This document shows positions 60,133-64,000 of a stretch of 64,000 nucleotides of DNA, piece after piece. The notes beneath the pieces were generated by a model, which did no database searches, was not told where the DNA came from, and was given only the letters and a program-made list of their open reading frames with translations. Position numbers and translations under genes: made by a program. The first letter of the stretch is position 1. Each line of letters opens with the position of its first letter. Location of the stretch: sequence record MZ065353.1. The stretch is one strand, 5' to 3'. The DNA comes from Escherichia virus KFS-EC3.

Positions 60133-60476
60133 GTAATACGACAGCAGGCTTGCTATTAATTGTAATTGCATTGGGCGGAACTTCTTTAATTTTAAAAAAT
60201 AAAATTGAAAGATTAGAAACGTCTGTTGTAGAAATTACAAAAACGGCCAATGAAAACGCTTTAGCATTAAATAATTTGCGAATTCAGTATAATTATATTG
60301 ATGCGATGAATAATAAAAATCGTGAGGCAATTGCTGCTATTGAGCGTGAAAATGAAAAACTGCGCAAAGACGCAAAGAAGGCGGATGTGGTGGCTCATAA
60401 GCCAGGATTGGTTGAAAAACAAATCAACAACTCCTTCAACAAGTTTGCAGAAGACATCCAGGACCTTTCTAAATGA
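60123..60476 (+). CDS. hypothetical protein (117 aa), N-terminal TM segment and coiled-coil
   Basis: ORF overlapping alc stop. Confidence 0.45.
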   Translation: MQLSNTTAGLLLIVIALGGTSLILKNKIERLETSVVEITKTANENALALNNLRIQYNYIDAMNNKNREAIAAIERENEKLRKDAKKADVVAHKPGLVEKQINNSFNKFAEDIQDLSK

Positions 60477-60772
60477 TTAAACTATCAGCAGTAATATTAT
60501 CTATTGGTCTTCTAGTTGGTTGTTCGACAAAGCCTCTAGAAGTAAAGAAAGAAACAGTTCATCCTAATTGGCCAGTACAAATAAAGTCATATGATGAAGC
60601 TAAACTATCCTGGCAAGTTAAAGTTATTGATGGTAAAGCTTGGGTCGGTATGCCATTCGAAGATTCCCAGGAATTTCGTATTTGGCTTAATGATGTAAAA
60701 CGATATGTACATGATCAGAAAACTATGATATGTTATTATCGCCAAGAGTTAAAAGAGGATAAATGCAAATGA
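60473..60772 (+). CDS. predicted lipoprotein (99 aa)
   Basis: Signal peptide with lipobox LVGC. Confidence 0.5.
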   Translation: MIKLSAVILSIGLLVGCSTKPLEVKKETVHPNWPVQIKSYDEAKLSWQVKVIDGKAWVGMPFEDSQEFRIWLNDVKRYVHDQKTMICYYRQELKEDKCK

Positions 60773-60993
60773 TTTCATGGCATCAATTTGAACATCTCAA
60801 AGGATTGATTTATGAATCCGAGATGGCTGCAATGATTTACGGACGCCAGATTCAGCGGTTAGAATCTTTACCTCCAACTAATGATGTTTTATTAGCTCAA
60901 TCACGTGCTAATCTTAAAAATGAATACCAAAATAAGTGGGGTAAAGCATCTAAAGACTTGCATGATTATATTCAATCATTGGTTGAGAAATAA
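60763..60993 (+). CDS. hypothetical protein (76 aa)
   Basis: ORF with overlapping start. Confidence 0.45.
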   Translation: MQMISWHQFEHLKGLIYESEMAAMIYGRQIQRLESLPPTNDVLLAQSRANLKNEYQNKWGKASKDLHDYIQSLVEK

Positions 60994-60996
60994 TAA

Positions 60997-62221
<1,225 letters not shown>

Positions 62222-62222
<1 letters not shown>

Positions 62223-62419
62223 TGGCGTGGCATCATGAAACTTGGTCTATTGTTATTGTAAATAGTGGTTTAGTTGGTACTAGTAATGGGCAATTTTGTG
62301 TATTCACTAGTGAAATCAGAGCTTGGGAGGAATGTCTTAAATTAAGAGAAAAGAATCCTGATGTTGAACTAACAGTAAAGAAAACTAAACTACCTTTACC
62401 ATGGAAAACTTATGAATAA
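62222..62419 (+). CDS. hypothetical protein (65 aa)
   Basis: ATG overlapping pseT stop (TAATG). Confidence 0.4.
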
Positions 62420-62612
62420 CATAGAAAAGATTTATCGACTTTGTGATAGAATTGAAAAAGAAAAGAAATATCTATTTTGTTTATGGCCTATTGTTGATGG
62501 AAGAGTAGGCTTAGATGTTCTTGATTATGAAACAGAAGACAAAGTAGATGGTTCAACTTTTGATAATGCGTTGGATGTTATTGATTGGCTTGAAGAAAAT
62601 TATGTGAGGTAA
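62412..62612 (+). CDS. hypothetical protein (66 aa)
   Basis: ORF with overlapping start. Confidence 0.45.
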   Translation: MNNIEKIYRLCDRIEKEKKYLFCLWPIVDGRVGLDVLDYETEDKVDGSTFDNALDVIDWLEENYVR

Positions 62613-62614
62613 AT

Positions 62615-62890
62615 ATGTTTCCAACTTACTCTAAAATCGTAGAAGTAGTGTTTAGCCAAATTATCGCTAATAATATGTTTGAAAAGCTTGATAACGCAGC
62701 TGAGCTTCGAATTCATGCTCAAGTGACTCATGTATTGAACACTTTGCTTCCAGACCAGGTGGATTCTATTGCCATTACGCTGTATCCAAGTTCAGCACAT
62801 ATCATTGTCGTATTTGGTCTTGATGCTGAGCTAGTCATCAAAGGCGATATTCGTTTTGAATCGCAGACATCAGAATTCAAAGCAATTTAA
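62615..62890 (+). CDS. hypothetical protein (91 aa)
   Basis: ORF with SD GAGGTAAAT. Confidence 0.45.
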   Translation: MFPTYSKIVEVVFSQIIANNMFEKLDNAAELRIHAQVTHVLNTLLPDQVDSIAITLYPSSAHIIVVFGLDAELVIKGDIRFESQTSEFKAI

Positions 62891-62892
62891 TA

Positions 62893-62922
62893 GTTTACTT
62901 TACGGTAGAGTTGTGATATTAT
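62893..62922 (+). promoter_or_regulatory. early promoter
   Basis: TAG-TTTACT-N17-TATTAT; perfect inverted repeat GGTAGAG/CTCTACC around -10. Confidence 0.5.
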
Positions 62923-62952
62923 AGCTCTACCAAAATAAATGAGGAAATTGAA

Positions 62953-63480
62953 ATGAGCGAATGGTTTGAAGAAGATAAGGTTTATCGCTTTAAAGCTGGA
63001 TATAAAGATATTTTTAATGAAACTTGTGGGGCTAATAAACGAATTGCTCAGTTTATTGGGGAAAATTCATTTAAAGTAAAAATAGATCCTGCGAAAAATG
63101 TTATTAGCATTAAACGCGAAATTGACGATTGCTGGTATAAAGCTGTTGATGTAATGGGCGAATCCTATAAAGTTAGCCCGTTATTTTCAATTGCTTATAT
63201 GTTAGAATATTCTTTTTTCGAAGAAGTTCAAAAAGATGATTCTGTCAGTAAATTTGAAATTAAAACTGATAAAGAAATTAAGTGGAAAGTAGTAGGTATT
63301 ACTGGTTGTATGTTTTATATCTATGCTCAAACTGATACGAAGGAAGAAGCTAAAAAGAAAGCTCTAGAATATCTTGAAGAGTATGAAGAAGGCCCGGTAA
63401 TGATTACCCAAGATGCCGAATTAGTTTCTGTCAAATTAGTTAAAAACGTTGAAAGTAAGGAGCTAGGATCAACATGCTAA
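62953..63480 (+). CDS. hypothetical protein (175 aa)
   Basis: ORF with SD GAGGAAATTGAA. Confidence 0.5.
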   Translation: MSEWFEEDKVYRFKAGYKDIFNETCGANKRIAQFIGENSFKVKIDPAKNVISIKREIDDCWYKAVDVMGESYKVSPLFSIAYMLEYSFFEEVQKDDSVSKFEIKTDKEIKWKVVGITGCMFYIYAQTDTKEEAKKKALEYLEEYEEGPVMITQDAELVSVKLVKNVESKELGSTC

Positions 63481-63710
63481 GCGAAAAACCAATTATTGTT
63501 AAAGAATTCCAAGAAAAAGTTAAACTATTTGCTCAGGAATTGGTAAATAAGGTTTCTGAACGATTTCCAGAAACATCGGTTCGTGTTATTACCGAAACTC
63601 CTCGTTCAGTATTAGTAATTGTGAATCCAGGTGATGGTGATCAAATAACACATCTCAAATTGGATTTTGATGGATTAGTTGAAGCACAAAGGGTGTATGG
63701 CGTACTATGA
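63474..63710 (+). CDS. hypothetical protein (78 aa)
   Basis: ORF overlapping previous stop. Confidence 0.45.
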   Translation: MLSEKPIIVKEFQEKVKLFAQELVNKVSERFPETSVRVITETPRSVLVIVNPGDGDQITHLKLDFDGLVEAQRVYGVL

Positions 63711-64000
63711 TGAATTTAACTGATATAATTGATAATTGTCTTGAAAATGATACTGGCGATCATAGAGCGCTTGACTCTGAAACAGCACAGTTCATTAGAA
63801 TAACTTTAATGAATGATACTCTAGTGAATAGTATTCATCCTTCTGTGTATGATGCTATTATTGTGACGAAGTATCCGGTTGAGCTTCACAAAAAGATGGC
63901 TGGTGCAATTTTTATTGATAAGAAAAACCGCTTTAAAGATGGGCAGAATATAATTAGTTCTGTTATTAAAAGTATAACTAAACTTCGTCACGAAATTTAT
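63707..64000 (+). CDS. hypothetical protein, N-terminal 98 codons (3' end beyond window)
   Basis: ATGA overlap with previous stop; frame open to window end. Confidence 0.4.
   Translation, partial: MMNLTDIIDNCLENDTGDHRALDSETAQFIRITLMNDTLVNSIHPSVYDAIIVTKYPVELHKKMAGAIFIDKKNRFKDGQNIISSVIKSITKLRHEIY

Overview
This 64-kb window is a contiguous segment of a T-even (T4-like, T2/T6-type) coliphage genome. Almost every ORF is recognisable by sequence, length and synteny as a T4 gene homologue; gene names and T4 lengths below are recalled from memory, not from a database search. The plus strand carries early/middle genes 43 (C-terminal part), imm, 42, uvsX, 40, 41, dmd, sp, 61, 56, soc, modB, modA, srd, dda, dexA, motB, 39, rIIA, rIIB, denB, ndd, stp, 52, motA, arn and asiA. 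The late lysis/long-tail-fibre block (t, 38, 37, 36, 35, 34) follows on the minus strand, then rnh, dsbA, 33, 59, 32, frd, td, nrdA, nrdB, denA, rnlA, alc and pseT on the plus strand. I found no rRNA, tRNA or CRISPR array. Differences from T4 are: a GIY-YIG homing-endonuclease-like ORF plus a GT-A glycosyltransferase where T4 has beta-gt; an unsplit gene 39; uninterrupted td and nrdB; a long glycine-rich gp38 adhesin; no dam-like ORF between 61 and 56; and an extra ORF between frd and td. I see no clearly novel multi-gene system. The most interesting signal is a family of near-identical terminator/early-promoter/leader cassettes (PeSL-like) that sit in front of small orphan ORFs, together with other small uncharacterised ORFs in the dmd-sp, soc-modB and denB-52 intervals.
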